Part shown: positions 10,887-21,024 of the stretch, one piece after another | Layout: each line of letters opens with the position of its first letter | Numbering within the stretch: position 1 is the stretch's first letter | Source of the DNA: Spirochaetaceae bacterium | Lineage (GTDB): Bacteria; Spirochaetota; Spirochaetia; DSM-2461 | Direction of reading: 5' to 3' | Assembly (NCBI GenBank): GCA_051531975.1 | Contig: JAOPTT010000006.1 | Span: forward strand, 64,656-128,655 | DNA: 64,000 bases | Program-made: the position numbers and the translations under genes | The notes under the pieces: model-generated | The model's input: the letters and a program-made list of their open reading frames with translations, nothing else | What the model was told of the DNA's origin: nothing | Databases searched by the model: none

Positions 10887-13373
10887 ATGAGCAAAATCAG
10901 TTATATTCTAATGTTTTTATTTTTTATTACAGGAGGTTTTCTTTTTTCTCAAGAAGATGATAACTGGGTACAAGGTAAAACTATTATAGATATTGAGTTT
11001 GAAGGACTTGATAATGTTGATAAAAATGAATTAAACGGGGTAATTAATAACTATATTGGAGAAGTCTTTTCAGATGAACTTTTTCTAGAATTGCAAACTC
11101 TTATGTATGAGTTAGATTATTTTGATATAATTGTTCCAAATGCAAAACCTGGTGATGATTCTAATGAAACAGTTATTATTGTTTTTAAAGTTCAAGAATC
11201 TCCAACAATTTCAAAAATAAAATTTGAAGGTAATAGTGTATGGAGTACTGAATTACAAAATTCAATTGTCTTAAAACCAAAAGATATATATTCGGATTTT
11301 AAACTTGAACAGGCTCAGAAAGCATTAGTAAACTTTTATATTGATAAAGGATATTCAAGTGCAACTGTTGATATTGAAAAAGATAGTGATCCTGAAAAAA
11401 ACTCCTTAATTGTTACATTTAATATAAATGAAGGTGTTCAAACTTTAATACGTGAAATTAATTTTAACGGTAATAATATATTTACTACAGATAAAAAATT
11501 ACGGGCTCTAATAGAAACTAAAAAGAAATCTCTTTTTAAAGATGGTGTATACCGTGTAGGTGTAATTCAATCTGATGTGTTATTAATCGAAGGTTTATAT
11601 CATAACAGTGGATATATAAAAGCAAAAGTTTTAGATGTTAAAACAACTTTAACTGATGATGAAAAAGATCCTGAAATTAAAAATATGGTAATTGATATAT
11701 TCCTAGAAGAAGGTGATGTATATACTTATGGTGGTATATCCTATGCTGGAAATAAAATATTTACGGATGTTGAATTCGACGCATTTGATTTCATGGATTA
11801 TGGTGCTGTATATAATAAATCAAAACATGAAGGTCGTTTCATTAAAATACAAAGTTTATATTATGATAATGGTTATATTGAAAATAGTTTTCATGATGAA
11901 ATTGAAATTGATGAAGAGAATAAAGTTATTTCGCATGTAATTTCAATCAGAGAAAGTGGTATTGCTCACATCGGTAAAATTTCTGTTAGAGGGAATGAAA
12001 AAACTAAAGATATTGTTATTCTTAGAGAGATATTAATTGAACCAGGAGATGTTTTTAGTAGAAAAGAGGTATGGAGTGCTTTAAGTAATATTATGAGTAC
12101 TAGCATATTTACCAATGTTGTTCCTCAATTAGAAAAAACTGAAGATGGTAATATGGATCTTGTATTCGAAGTTGAAGAAGCTCGAACACTTACTTTAATG
12201 GGTGGTATTACTGTTACTGGAGCTGATTTTGAACCAGCTTTAACATTTAGTTTAAAAGATTTAAACTTTATGGGTATGGGAAGAACTTTTGGAGGTACTT
12301 TAAATCTTGGTTTAGATACCCAATCATTTTCTTTAGAATACAATGAACCACGTATATTTAATACTGAATTCTTTGGTGGAGGTTCACTGTCTTTCACCCA
12401 TTCTGAAGAGGACATGCTTGAGTTAGCAGGGGAAGACTCTGAAGGTCTTGAATATCCAATTCTTACTGGAATATCTTCTTTTGAAGAGTATGAAGCGTGG
12501 GAAGATGAAGGTAATGAAATCGACGAAGATGAAGAAGATTTACATCAGTATGATATTTCTTTGGCTATTTCCGGTGGACATTTATGGTATACAGATTTAG
12601 GGCGTGTTAGAGCATCCAGTGGTTATTCTATATCTTTGGACACTTATGTTTATGATAACGATTTTGTACCATACGAAACAGAATATAGAGAACGAGAATC
12701 TGAAGAATGGGAGTTTTCTGATAAGTGGTGGGCCAGAGGTGTCTTAGATAATAGAGATAGTCCTGTAGGAACAACTGAAGGGTATGGATTTTCCCAAGGT
12801 TTAACGATTGGTGGAATACTTCCATTAGATAGTGAATCCCATTATATAAAAACAGTTTCTAATGCAGATGTTTATTTTAAGCTAGTAGATACTCCAGTTA
12901 ATGAAGATTGGGATTTTATACTATCTTTAAGACTTCATGGTGCTTATACAAGAATATTTGAAAAACCTGGATACGATCTATTAGATGCAGATAAAACAGC
13001 AAAAATTGATGGTATGTTTGTTGGTCGTGGTTGGTCATCTGAAGGTAGTGGAACAGCATTATTAGATCTAAAGGTAGAATTAAATATCCCAATTGTTCCA
13101 AATATGTTTGGATCTACATTCTTCTTTGATGCAGCAAATGTATGGACTGATGATGAAGATGAAGGAACGCTTGATATTGATGACTTTAAATTCTCATTTG
13201 GTGGAAGTATAGGAATTACAAATCAAATTATGCCTATTTCATTTTTTATTGCCAAAACATTTCAAACTGAAGATGGTGATATTAATTGGAGTCCGGAAAG
13301 TGAGTACAATAAAATATTTGATGATAATTTAACATGGGGTATTTCTTTTAACCTAAATTATCTATTGAACTAG
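10887..13373 (+). CDS. bamA: Outer membrane protein assembly factor BamA
   Basis: POTRA repeats (IIDIEFEGL, ISKIKFEGN, IREINFNGN, GKISVRGNEKTKDIVILRE) and an Omp85 barrel with GMFVGRGW; SD GAGGAG. Confidence 0.95.
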   Translation: MSKISYILMFLFFITGGFLFSQEDDNWVQGKTIIDIEFEGLDNVDKNELNGVINNYIGEVFSDELFLELQTLMYELDYFDIIVPNAKPGDDSNETVIIVFKVQESPTISKIKFEGNSVWSTELQNSIVLKPKDIYSDFKLEQAQKALVNFYIDKGYSSATVDIEKDSDPEKNSLIVTFNINEGVQTLIREINFNGNNIFTTDKKLRALIETKKKSLFKDGVYRVGVIQSDVLLIEGLYHNSGYIKAKVLDVKTTLTDDEKDPEIKNMVIDIFLEEGDVYTYGGISYAGNKIFTDVEFDAFDFMDYGAVYNKSKHEGRFIKIQSLYYDNGYIENSFHDEIEIDEENKVISHVISIRESGIAHIGKISVRGNEKTKDIVILREILIEPGDVFSRKEVWSALSNIMSTSIFTNVVPQLEKTEDGNMDLVFEVEEARTLTLMGGITVTGADFEPALTFSLKDLNFMGMGRTFGGTLNLGLDTQSFSLEYNEPRIFNTEFFGGGSLSFTHSEEDMLELAGEDSEGLEYPILTGISSFEEYEAWEDEGNEIDEDEEDLHQYDISLAISGGHLWYTDLGRVRASSGYSISLDTYVYDNDFVPYETEYRERESEEWEFSDKWWARGVLDNRDSPVGTTEGYGFSQGLTIGGILPLDSESHYIKTVSNADVYFKLVDTPVNEDWDFILSLRLHGAYTRIFEKPGYDLLDADKTAKIDGMFVGRGWSSEGSGTALLDLKVELNIPIVPNMFGSTFFFDAANVWTDDEDEGTLDIDDFKFSFGGSIGITNQIMPISFFIAKTFQTEDGDINWSPESEYNKIFDDNLTWGISFNLNYLLN

Positions 13374-13382
13374 GAGAGAATT

Positions 13383-13898
13383 TTGAAGATTAAATTATTA
13401 GTTATATTTATTTTTTTAACAGTTGTATTTAATGTAAATGCAAATAATGACTTAACTAAAGTTGGTGTTGTTGATGTCAGTGAAGTTTATACTCGATTCA
13501 GTAAAGAATCGACAGATGCAAGAAAGTTTGATGAATATAAGAGTAAAATAGAAGATGAAATATCAAAAAGAAAAATTGAGATCGATAATATTGATAAAAA
13601 TCTCATAGATGCTCGGGATAATGATGATCAAGAACTTGTTGCAGAATTAGAAAGTAAATTACAAATATCAAAGATTAATTTACAAAATTATGTGAGATAT
13701 AAAAATAATGAATTAAGAGCTTTAATATCTTCTGATTCAACAAAAGGAGATTTTTCTGATCGGTTGCAGGATGCAATGAAAGAAGTAGCTCTTCAAAATG
13801 GAATTTCAATAATCATGCATAAAGATGATCCAAAAATGTTGTGGTATTCTCCAGATGTTGATATAACTGAATTAGTTATAGAAAAAATAATGAATTAG
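13383..13898 (+). CDS. skp: OmpH/Skp periplasmic chaperone
   Basis: Signal peptide, KVGVVDVSEV, coiled coil, LWYSPDVDITELVI; follows bamA. Confidence 0.9.
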   Translation: MKIKLLVIFIFLTVVFNVNANNDLTKVGVVDVSEVYTRFSKESTDARKFDEYKSKIEDEISKRKIEIDNIDKNLIDARDNDDQELVAELESKLQISKINLQNYVRYKNNELRALISSDSTKGDFSDRLQDAMKEVALQNGISIIMHKDDPKMLWYSPDVDITELVIEKIMN

Positions 13899-13906
13899 GT
13901 GGTTAT

Positions 13907-14278
13907 ATGGATATATCAAAACACTATAGTAAAAGTATATCAAAAGTTTTTAAAAAGAATTTTGATAAAGATTTAGAGAAGTTTAAGTCAGAGTTTCTAC
14001 CAATTTTTGTAGATTGTGGTAGAATGTTGCCAGAGGATGTCTCAACTGAGATTTTTAATAGATTTGTTACATTTTCAGAAAGGGATTATAAAGAGGCTCT
14101 TTATCATTTAGTTAATGTTTTTGAGTTATTCGAAGAAAATTATGATATCGCGAATGACCCTTTTAATGAAGAAGAGTGGGAATATATTAAATTAGTTATT
14201 AATGATAGTACCGAAGAGTTTGGTTTAGAATTAGTACAATATATTATGCAAGTTATGCTTGATCTAAATATTATTTAG
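13907..14278 (+). CDS. Acidic helical hypothetical protein
   Basis: 123-aa ORF, SD AGGTGG, last gene before a terminator. Confidence 0.75.
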   Translation: MDISKHYSKSISKVFKKNFDKDLEKFKSEFLPIFVDCGRMLPEDVSTEIFNRFVTFSERDYKEALYHLVNVFELFEENYDIANDPFNEEEWEYIKLVINDSTEEFGLELVQYIMQVMLDLNII

Positions 14279-14280
14279 TT

Positions 14281-14309
14281 AAGAGGCACAATTAATGTGC
14301 CTCTTTTTT
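14281..14309 (+). terminator. Intrinsic terminator of the bamA-skp operon
   Basis: Stem-loop AAGAGGCACA-attaa-TGTGCCTCTT followed by a T run. Confidence 0.85.
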
Positions 14310-14346
14310 ATTAATGTGTTAATAAAAAGGAGTCGAAAATAATATT

Positions 14347-14664
14347 ATGAGTATAAATAATATAGATCCTAATTTATCTACAGCTACTAATAGAGCTAAA
14401 GCACTACAAGATAGTGTTAACAGAGACGATACTGATAAGAAACTTTTAGAGACTTGTAAAGAATTTGAGTCAATGTTTGTAAAGCAGATGTTAGATTCTA
14501 TGAAAAAAACAGTTAATAAGTCTGGTTTCATAAAAGAAAACATGGGTGAGCAGATTTTTGATGACATGCTTAATGATGAATATTCAAAAAAAATAGCAGA
14601 TACATCGGGATTTGGAATTGCAGAAATGATGTATAAGCAACTTGCTGGTAAAAAGTATCAGTAA
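14347..14664 (+). CDS. flgJ: Flagellar rod-binding protein FlgJ (no muramidase domain)
   Basis: LLETCKEFESMFVKQMLDSMKKTV...IFDDMLNDEYSKKIA...GFGIAEMMYKQL, the rod-binding domain only. Confidence 0.9.
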   Translation: MSINNIDPNLSTATNRAKALQDSVNRDDTDKKLLETCKEFESMFVKQMLDSMKKTVNKSGFIKENMGEQIFDDMLNDEYSKKIADTSGFGIAEMMYKQLAGKKYQ

Positions 14665-14730
14665 AGTAGATTTCTCTAATACTTGTCATTTATACAACCC
14701 TTAGTTATATTGTATGTTAGGAGTAGTTAA

Positions 14731-14910
14731 TTGGCAGTGAGAATTGAAATAATTAAAATAGAACATAAAAAAAGAGTTCCAGCTGTACAGTGCGAAGGTT
14801 CACTAAGCTGTGAATTAGGTGAAGCTATAGTCGAGATGGTTCCAACACTTTTGGAACATGGTACTTCATTAAATCAAATATCCACAATGTTATGGGGAAA
14901 GCAGTGCTAG
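14731..14910 (+). CDS. Small hypothetical protein (59 aa), absent from the ORF track
   Basis: SD AGGAG (14719-14723), TTG start, MAVRIEIIKIEHKKRVPAVQCEGSLSCELGEAIVEMVPTLLEHGTSLNQISTMLWGKQC*; 3' end overlaps the tsaD start. Confidence 0.6.
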   Translation: MAVRIEIIKIEHKKRVPAVQCEGSLSCELGEAIVEMVPTLLEHGTSLNQISTMLWGKQC

Positions 14911-15917
14911 TTTTAGGTATTGAAAGTTCATGTGACGAATGTGCCGCCTCAATTATTAAAGATGGAAAAACAGTATTAAGTAATATAATTGCAACTCAAA
15001 TTCAAGAACATAAAGTTTATAAAGGTGTCGTTCCAGAAATAGCTTCTAGAATTCATACCAATTGGATCTTTGGAGTTGTAAAACAAGCTTTAAAAGAGGC
15101 AAATATAACTGCTAATGATCTAACAGGAATTGCTGTTGCTAATAGACCAGGTCTTTCTGGGGCTCTATTAGTAGGAGTCTCTTTTGCAAAAGGTCTGGCA
15201 TACTCTTTAGGGATTCCTATAATTGGTGTTGATCATGTTAAAGCACATCTATATGCATCACATATTGAAAATGATATAGAATATCCTTACATTGGCTTAC
15301 TTGTTTCAGGAGGTCATACTGTTATTGCAAAGATAACTGGATTTGACGAAATGGAAGTTCTTGGCTCAACCATTGACGATGCTTGTGGTGAAGCTTTTGA
15401 TAAAGTTGCAAAATTTTATGACCTTGGATATCCAGGTGGAAAAATAATAGATGACCTTGCAAAAAAAGGAAATCCAAAATCTTTTAACTTCCCACGATCA
15501 AGTTTGCATAAAGGTGACCATAAATACGATGTATCCTACTCAGGATTAAAAACAGCTGTAATAAATCAATTAGATAAGTTTTGGGATGGAGTTAGTGAAA
15601 AATCCCCTGAAAATATAGCTGCCTCATTTCAGCATGTTGCCATCGATGTATTAATAAAGCGAGTTGAAAGAGTCATTAAAGATACAGGAATTAAGACAGT
15701 TGTTGCAGGTGGTGGAGTTACTGCTAATAGTTATTTAAGAACCAGATTAAAAACATTATATGGTGTTAAAACATATTTTCCATCGCTAACATTATGTACT
15801 GATAATGGTGCTATGATTGCAGCTTTAGGTTCAGGACACTTGTTAAGAGGAGAATCTGATGATTTTTCTTTAACAGCAGTATCAAGAGTTATGGCTTTTC
15901 GTCGGGGATACCCTTGA
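14904..15917 (+). CDS. tsaD: tRNA N6-adenosine threonylcarbamoyltransferase TsaD
   Basis: LGIESSCDE, GVVPEIASRIH, HVKAH, LVSGGHT, DDACGEAFDK, CTDNGAMIA. GTG 14904 with SD GGGGA preferred over ATG 14892. Confidence 0.96.
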   Translation: MLVLGIESSCDECAASIIKDGKTVLSNIIATQIQEHKVYKGVVPEIASRIHTNWIFGVVKQALKEANITANDLTGIAVANRPGLSGALLVGVSFAKGLAYSLGIPIIGVDHVKAHLYASHIENDIEYPYIGLLVSGGHTVIAKITGFDEMEVLGSTIDDACGEAFDKVAKFYDLGYPGGKIIDDLAKKGNPKSFNFPRSSLHKGDHKYDVSYSGLKTAVINQLDKFWDGVSEKSPENIAASFQHVAIDVLIKRVERVIKDTGIKTVVAGGGVTANSYLRTRLKTLYGVKTYFPSLTLCTDNGAMIAALGSGHLLRGESDDFSLTAVSRVMAFRRGYP

Positions 15918-15978
15918 TTTTATAAATAAAAATCTATATTATCTTTAAGGATTTAGCCAAATTCTTAAAGGATGTATT

Positions 15979-16515
15979 ATGAGTTATAATTTAGATTCTG
16001 CAGTTAAAAAAATACCCAATTTTCCTAAAGAAGGAATACTTTTTTATGATATCACAGGAATTTTAATGAGACCTGAAGCATTTAGCTTCGTTATTAAAAG
16101 AATGGTAGAGTTATATAAGGATAAAGGGTTTTCATCAATTGCCTGTGTTGAGTCTAGGGGATTCATATTTGGTGCACCTTTGGCAAAAGAACTTGGATTA
16201 CCTATTGTATTAGTTCGTAAAGCTGGTAAATTACCAGGAGATCTATATAAAAGATCATATAAGTTAGAATATGGTGAAGCCGTAATTGAAGTTCAGAAAT
16301 CTGATATTCATAAAGGTGATAAAGTTTTGCTAGTAGATGATCTACTGGCCACAGGAGGAACACTCCAGGCCGCCGCTTTTATGTTTCATGAAGCAGGTGC
16401 TGATGTTACAGATATTTTTTCTGTAATTGGATTACCGTTCCTGAATTTTAAAGAAAAATTCAAGGGAATTAATGTTACGACGTTAATTGATTACCATGAT
16501 GAAAATATTAATTAA
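15979..16515 (+). CDS. apt: Adenine phosphoribosyltransferase
   Basis: PNFPKEGILFYDIT, ESRGFIFG, RKAGKLPG, YKLEYG, VDDLLATGGT. Confidence 0.97.
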   Translation: MSYNLDSAVKKIPNFPKEGILFYDITGILMRPEAFSFVIKRMVELYKDKGFSSIACVESRGFIFGAPLAKELGLPIVLVRKAGKLPGDLYKRSYKLEYGEAVIEVQKSDIHKGDKVLLVDDLLATGGTLQAAAFMFHEAGADVTDIFSVIGLPFLNFKEKFKGINVTTLIDYHDENIN

Positions 16516-16537
16516 CCGCCAAATGGCGGTTTTTTTT
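16514..16537 (+). terminator. Intrinsic terminator after apt
   Basis: AACCGCC-aaat-GGCGGTT followed by a T run. Confidence 0.85.
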
Positions 16538-16545
16538 AAAACAGA

Positions 16546-16595
16546 ATTGAATACAGATGCATATATATGCAATAATGTCTGTATAAATATAGAGG
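16546..16595 (+). promoter_or_regulatory. ARG-box-like (ArgR) operator sites upstream of carA
   Basis: TGAAT-ACAG-ATGCA (16548-61), perfect palindrome TGCAT-ATAT-ATGCA (16558-71) and TGTAT-AAAT-ATAGA (16580-93) resemble TGNAT-N4-ATNCA. Confidence 0.6.
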
Positions 16596-16602
16596 AGTCT
16601 AA

Positions 16603-17751
16603 ATGTTAAGTATCTGCTATCTCGTTTTAAAAGACGGAACAGTATTAAAAGGAAAAAGTTTTGGAGCAAATGCCCCACTTTCTAAAGATCTAATTTCAGG
16701 TAAGATAGATTCTGCAGCTGGAGAAGTAGTATTTAATACAAGTATGACAGGATATCATGAAATTCTTACTGATCCATCATACACAGGCCAGCTAGTTTTA
16801 ATGACATATCCCCATTTAGGTAACTATGGTTGTGACGATGTTTGGTCAGAAATCGGTCCTGAAGATAGTGGACGATGTGGTGTTAAACCTAGTGGTTTTA
16901 TTGCTAGAAGTTATTATGATGGTCCAATAGGACCAGGAAGAAAAACTCTTTCAACATTTCTTAAAAAAAATAATAAGTTTGGAATAACAGATATAGATAC
17001 TAGAGCTTTAACTCTTAAATTAAGAGACGAAGGTAGTTTAAATGCAGTTATTGTAAAACCTGAAAATGGTATTACTTTAGAAGACCCAGAGATTAAAGAG
17101 ACTCTAAATTATTTAGATACATTTCCATCAATGGCTGGAAGAAATCTTGTAGAAGAGGTTGGTACAGAGGTTGTTGTAATAGAAAACCCTAAAGGTAAAA
17201 CACATGTTGTTTTATACGACTGCGGTGTGAAAGCAAATATTGTAAGAGAATATGTAAAAAGGGACTGTAAAGTAACAATAGTTCCATCTACGACAAGTTC
17301 AACCAAGATGTTATCTCTTAATCCAGATTTAATTATGTTATCTAATGGTCCTGGTGACCCGGCAATGTTAACAGATCAAATTGAAACCGTTAAAGATTTA
17401 ATTGGAAAAGTTCAGTTATGTGGTATATGTCTTGGTCATCAGATTTTATCTTTAGCATTAGGTGCTAAAACATTTAAAATGAAGTTTGGACATCATGGTG
17501 GAAATCACCCTGTTAGAGATGAGTTTACTAGAAAAGTCTTTGTAACTTCTCAGAACCATGGTTTTGCTGTTGATGAAAAAACATTACCTAAAGGAGTAGA
17601 TGTATGGTTAGTTAATGCTAATGATAAATCTATTGAAGGAATAGTTAACAGAGAATTAAATATTCAATCTTGTCAGTTCCATCCAGAAGCTGCTCCAGGT
17701 CCTGAAGACTCAGAGTGGATATTCGATTCATTTATTAAGGGGTTAAAATAA
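16603..17751 (+). CDS. carA: Carbamoyl-phosphate synthase small subunit
   Basis: [58 protein letters not shown]. Confidence 0.98.
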   Translation: MLSICYLVLKDGTVLKGKSFGANAPLSKDLISGKIDSAAGEVVFNTSMTGYHEILTDPSYTGQLVLMTYPHLGNYGCDDVWSEIGPEDSGRCGVKPSGFIARSYYDGPIGPGRKTLSTFLKKNNKFGITDIDTRALTLKLRDEGSLNAVIVKPENGITLEDPEIKETLNYLDTFPSMAGRNLVEEVGTEVVVIENPKGKTHVVLYDCGVKANIVREYVKRDCKVTIVPSTTSSTKMLSLNPDLIMLSNGPGDPAMLTDQIETVKDLIGKVQLCGICLGHQILSLALGAKTFKMKFGHHGGNHPVRDEFTRKVFVTSQNHGFAVDEKTLPKGVDVWLVNANDKSIEGIVNRELNIQSCQFHPEAAPGPEDSEWIFDSFIKGLK

Positions 17752-20700
17752 TGCCAGCTAGAAAAGATCTTAAGAAAATATTAGTAGTAGGTTCAGGGCC
17801 AATTGTAATTGGACAAGCTTGTGAGTTTGATTATTCAGGTACTCAGGCTGTAACAGCATTAAAAGAAGAGGGGTATAATGTTATATTAGTTAATCCTAAT
17901 CCTGCAACTGTTATGACATCCCCTGGTATTGCAGATGCTATATATGTAGAACCGCTAAGAGCTGATTATGTAGAAGCTATAATTAAAAAAGAGAGACCTG
18001 ATGCTATTTTATCTACTATGGGTGGACAAACTGCATTAAACCTAACTATAGACCTAAACAATAAAGGTATATTAGAAAAATACGGCGTTGAAATTATAGG
18101 TGCCGGAATTGAATCTATTATGAAAGCTGAAGATAGAGGTCTGTTCAAGAAAGTTGTAGAGAAAGTTGGTTTAGACTCTCCTTATTCTGTTCTTGCAACA
18201 ACAATTGAAGAAGCTATTGCTTTAGAAGAAGAGATCGGTTTTCCATTAGTAATCAGGCCTTCTTTTACACTAGGTGGGATGGGTGGAAACATTGCTTTTT
18301 CCAGAGAAGAATTAGAAAGAATTATGACTAGGGCATTTGCAGAATCTCCTGTAGGTTCCGCTCTTGTTGAAGAGTCTTTAATCGGCTGGAAAGAGTATGA
18401 AATGGAAGTTATGCGTGATAAAAACGATAACGCTATCATTGTATGTTCAATTGAAAATATTGATCCTATGGGTGTTCATACTGGAGATAGTATAACTATT
18501 GCACCTGCTCAAACATTATCTGATAAAGAGTATCAAAAAATGAGAACTGGTTCTATCGATATCTTACGAGAAGTTGGTGTTGATTGTGGTGGTTCAAATG
18601 TTCAATTTGCAACTAAACCAGATTCAGATAGAATGATTGTTATTGAGATGAATCCAAGGGTATCAAGATCATCAGCTTTAGCTTCAAAAGCTACAGGTTT
18701 TCCAATTGCAAAATGTTCAGCTAAATTAGCCGTAGGTTATACATTAGATGAAGTAATGAACGAAATAACAGGTGTTACGGCATCTTGTTTTGAACCAGCT
18801 TTAGATTATTGTGCTGTAAAAGTTCCTAGATTTGAGATGGAAAAATTTCCTACAGCATATTCTGCACTTGGTACTCAAATGAAAAGTGTTGGTGAATCTT
18901 TAGCAATGGGTAGAACAGCATTAGAAGCTACAAATAAAGCTATTAGAGCTGCAGAATTTGGATACGATGGAATTACAGAGATGAAAGATCTTTCAGATGC
19001 CGAAATACAGACAATTTTAAGATCTGCTCACCCAAGAAGAATATTTGCAATTTATACTGTATTAAAACAAAAAGGTCCAGACGCAGTAATTGAGCTTAAT
19101 AAAGTTACAGGTTATGACAGATGGTTCTTATATATGATGTGTCAACTTTTAGAGTTAGAGACAAAAATTGAGACACAGGAACTGACTGCAGAACTCTTAG
19201 AAGAAGCTAAAAAAGCTGGAATATCAGATACCAGAATTGCAGAATTAACTAAAAAAGAGTCAAAAGACATAGAGTCCCAAAGAAAAGATATGGGTATTGT
19301 TCCAAGTTATCACTTTGTTGATACATGTGCAGGTGAGTTTACAGCACAAACACCTTTTTTCTATTCAACTTATGGTGAGATAAATGAAGGTGGACAGTTA
19401 TCAGACAATTCTGTAATGATTTTAGCATCAGGTCCAAATAGAATTGGACAGGGTTTAGAGTTTGATACCTGCTGTACCATGAGTACACTATCTTATAAAG
19501 CAAAAGGTCGGAAAACAATTATTGTTAACTCAAATCCTGAAACAGTTTCAACTGACTTTAAAATATCTGACAGACTATATATGGAACCATTAACACCTGA
19601 ATATGTTAAATCTATAATGGATAAAGAGGGTGTTAAGGACATTGTTGTTCAATTAGGTGGTCAAACACCTTTAAACATGGCAGAAGAGCTAGAAGCTTAT
19701 GGTGCTAATATCTTAGGTACAAGTGTAAAAGGTATTTTTGATACTGAAGATAGGGGACTGTTTGCAGATTTAGTTAGAAAACTAGGCTTAAGACAACCTG
19801 AAAATAGGATGGCAGGAAATTTTGAAGATGTTAAAAAATATGCTAAAGAGATTGGTTATCCAGTTCTTTTAAGACCATCGTTTGTAATTGGTGGAAGAAG
19901 TATGTTTATTGCTTATTCTGATGAGCAGTTAGAAGAGTTCACACATAAAGGTATTGATATCTCAGAAGAAAAACCAGTTTTAGTTGATCAGTTTCTTGAA
20001 AATGCATTTGAATATGATTTAGATGCAGTTTCTGATGGTGAAAATGTTTATGTTGGTGGAATTATGCAACATATTGAAGCTGCTGGTATTCACTCTGGTG
20101 ACTCTGCATGTGTATTCCCTCCATATAAATCGAATAAAAAAATTGAACAAGAGATGGTTGATGCTGCTGTTAAAATAGCAAAAGAAATCCAAGTAAAAGG
20201 ATTCTTGAATATACAGTTTGCATCAAAAGATGATGTTTTATACATTATTGAAGTAAACCCTAGAGCAAGTAGAACGGTACCATTTTTATCTAAAATATCA
20301 AGTATTAATATGGTTGACGCTGCTGTTAGTGTATGGCAAGGAACAAACTTACAGGAACAAGGTCTTGTTGGTGAGTCTGGTGTAGCAATTGGTAAATGTA
20401 CTTGTGGTTGGGCTGTAAAAGAAGCTGTATTTTCATTTGATAGATTTGATATGATAGACCCAGTATTAGGGCCAGAAATGAAATCTACTGGTGAAGCAAT
20501 AGGTACTGGTGATACTTTTGGAGAAGCTTTTAGTAAAGCTCAGGCATCTGTAGGGGCTACTCTACCAACATCAGGAACTGTTTTTATATCAGTAAATGAT
20601 AAAGATAAAGAAGCTGTCTTACCTGCTGCAAAAAAATTGTCTAAGTTAGGTTTTAGCATAGCTGCAACAAGAGGAACAGCTAATTTCTTATATAAAAACG

Positions 20701-20978
20701 GTGTATTAGCTGAAGTTATACAAAAGCTTCATCAAGGACATCCACATGCTGTTGATTATTTAGCTAGTGGTAAAATATCTCTTTTAATAAACACTCCAAT
20801 GGGTAGTGAATCAGAGGTTGCTGACGGTTACATACGTACTGAAGCCGTTAAGCTTAAAGTTCCATATACTACAACTATCAGTGCCGCAGAAGCTGCTGTA
20901 GAGGGTATTGATCACTTAATTAATAATGAGATTAAGGTTAGACCACTACCATCTATGAATGTAGAAATTACCTTATAA
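17751..20978 (+). CDS. carB: Carbamoyl-phosphate synthase large subunit
   Basis: [17 protein letters not shown], two ATP-grasp halves ([21 protein letters not shown]), C-terminal MGS domain. Confidence 0.98.
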   Translation: MPARKDLKKILVVGSGPIVIGQACEFDYSGTQAVTALKEEGYNVILVNPNPATVMTSPGIADAIYVEPLRADYVEAIIKKERPDAILSTMGGQTALNLTIDLNNKGILEKYGVEIIGAGIESIMKAEDRGLFKKVVEKVGLDSPYSVLATTIEEAIALEEEIGFPLVIRPSFTLGGMGGNIAFSREELERIMTRAFAESPVGSALVEESLIGWKEYEMEVMRDKNDNAIIVCSIENIDPMGVHTGDSITIAPAQTLSDKEYQKMRTGSIDILREVGVDCGGSNVQFATKPDSDRMIVIEMNPRVSRSSALASKATGFPIAKCSAKLAVGYTLDEVMNEITGVTASCFEPALDYCAVKVPRFEMEKFPTAYSALGTQMKSVGESLAMGRTALEATNKAIRAAEFGYDGITEMKDLSDAEIQTILRSAHPRRIFAIYTVLKQKGPDAVIELNKVTGYDRWFLYMMCQLLELETKIETQELTAELLEEAKKAGISDTRIAELTKKESKDIESQRKDMGIVPSYHFVDTCAGEFTAQTPFFYSTYGEINEGGQLSDNSVMILASGPNRIGQGLEFDTCCTMSTLSYKAKGRKTIIVNSNPETVSTDFKISDRLYMEPLTPEYVKSIMDKEGVKDIVVQLGGQTPLNMAEELEAYGANILGTSVKGIFDTEDRGLFADLVRKLGLRQPENRMAGNFEDVKKYAKEIGYPVLLRPSFVIGGRSMFIAYSDEQLEEFTHKGIDISEEKPVLVDQFLENAFEYDLDAVSDGENVYVGGIMQHIEAAGIHSGDSACVFPPYKSNKKIEQEMVDAAVKIAKEIQVKGFLNIQFASKDDVLYIIEVNPRASRTVPFLSKISSINMVDAAVSVWQGTNLQEQGLVGESGVAIGKCTCGWAVKEAVFSFDRFDMIDPVLGPEMKSTGEAIGTGDTFGEAFSKAQASVGATLPTSGTVFISVNDKDKEAVLPAAKKLSKLGFSIAATRGTANFLYKNGVLAEVIQKLHQGHPHAVDYLASGKISLLINTPMGSESEVADGYIRTEAVKLKVPYTTTISAAEAAVEGIDHLINNEIKVRPLPSMNVEITL

Positions 20979-20986
20979 TAAAAATG

Positions 20987-21012
20987 TACCCAGAGTATAC
21001 TCTGGGTATTTT
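20987..21012 (+). terminator. Hairpin/terminator after carB
   Basis: Perfect palindrome TACCCAGAGTATACTCTGGGTA followed by TTTT. Confidence 0.7.
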
Positions 21013-21024
21013 ATGGAGTATAAA

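Noticed and set aside
14665..14903. Possible riboswitch or ncRNA in the gap between flgJ and tsaD
   Set aside because: No recognisable RNA motif or strong hairpins; better explained by the 59-codon ORF with an SD.
16538..16602. PyrR attenuator upstream of carA
   Set aside because: No PyrR-binding loop or terminator/antiterminator; the nearby hairpin belongs to apt.
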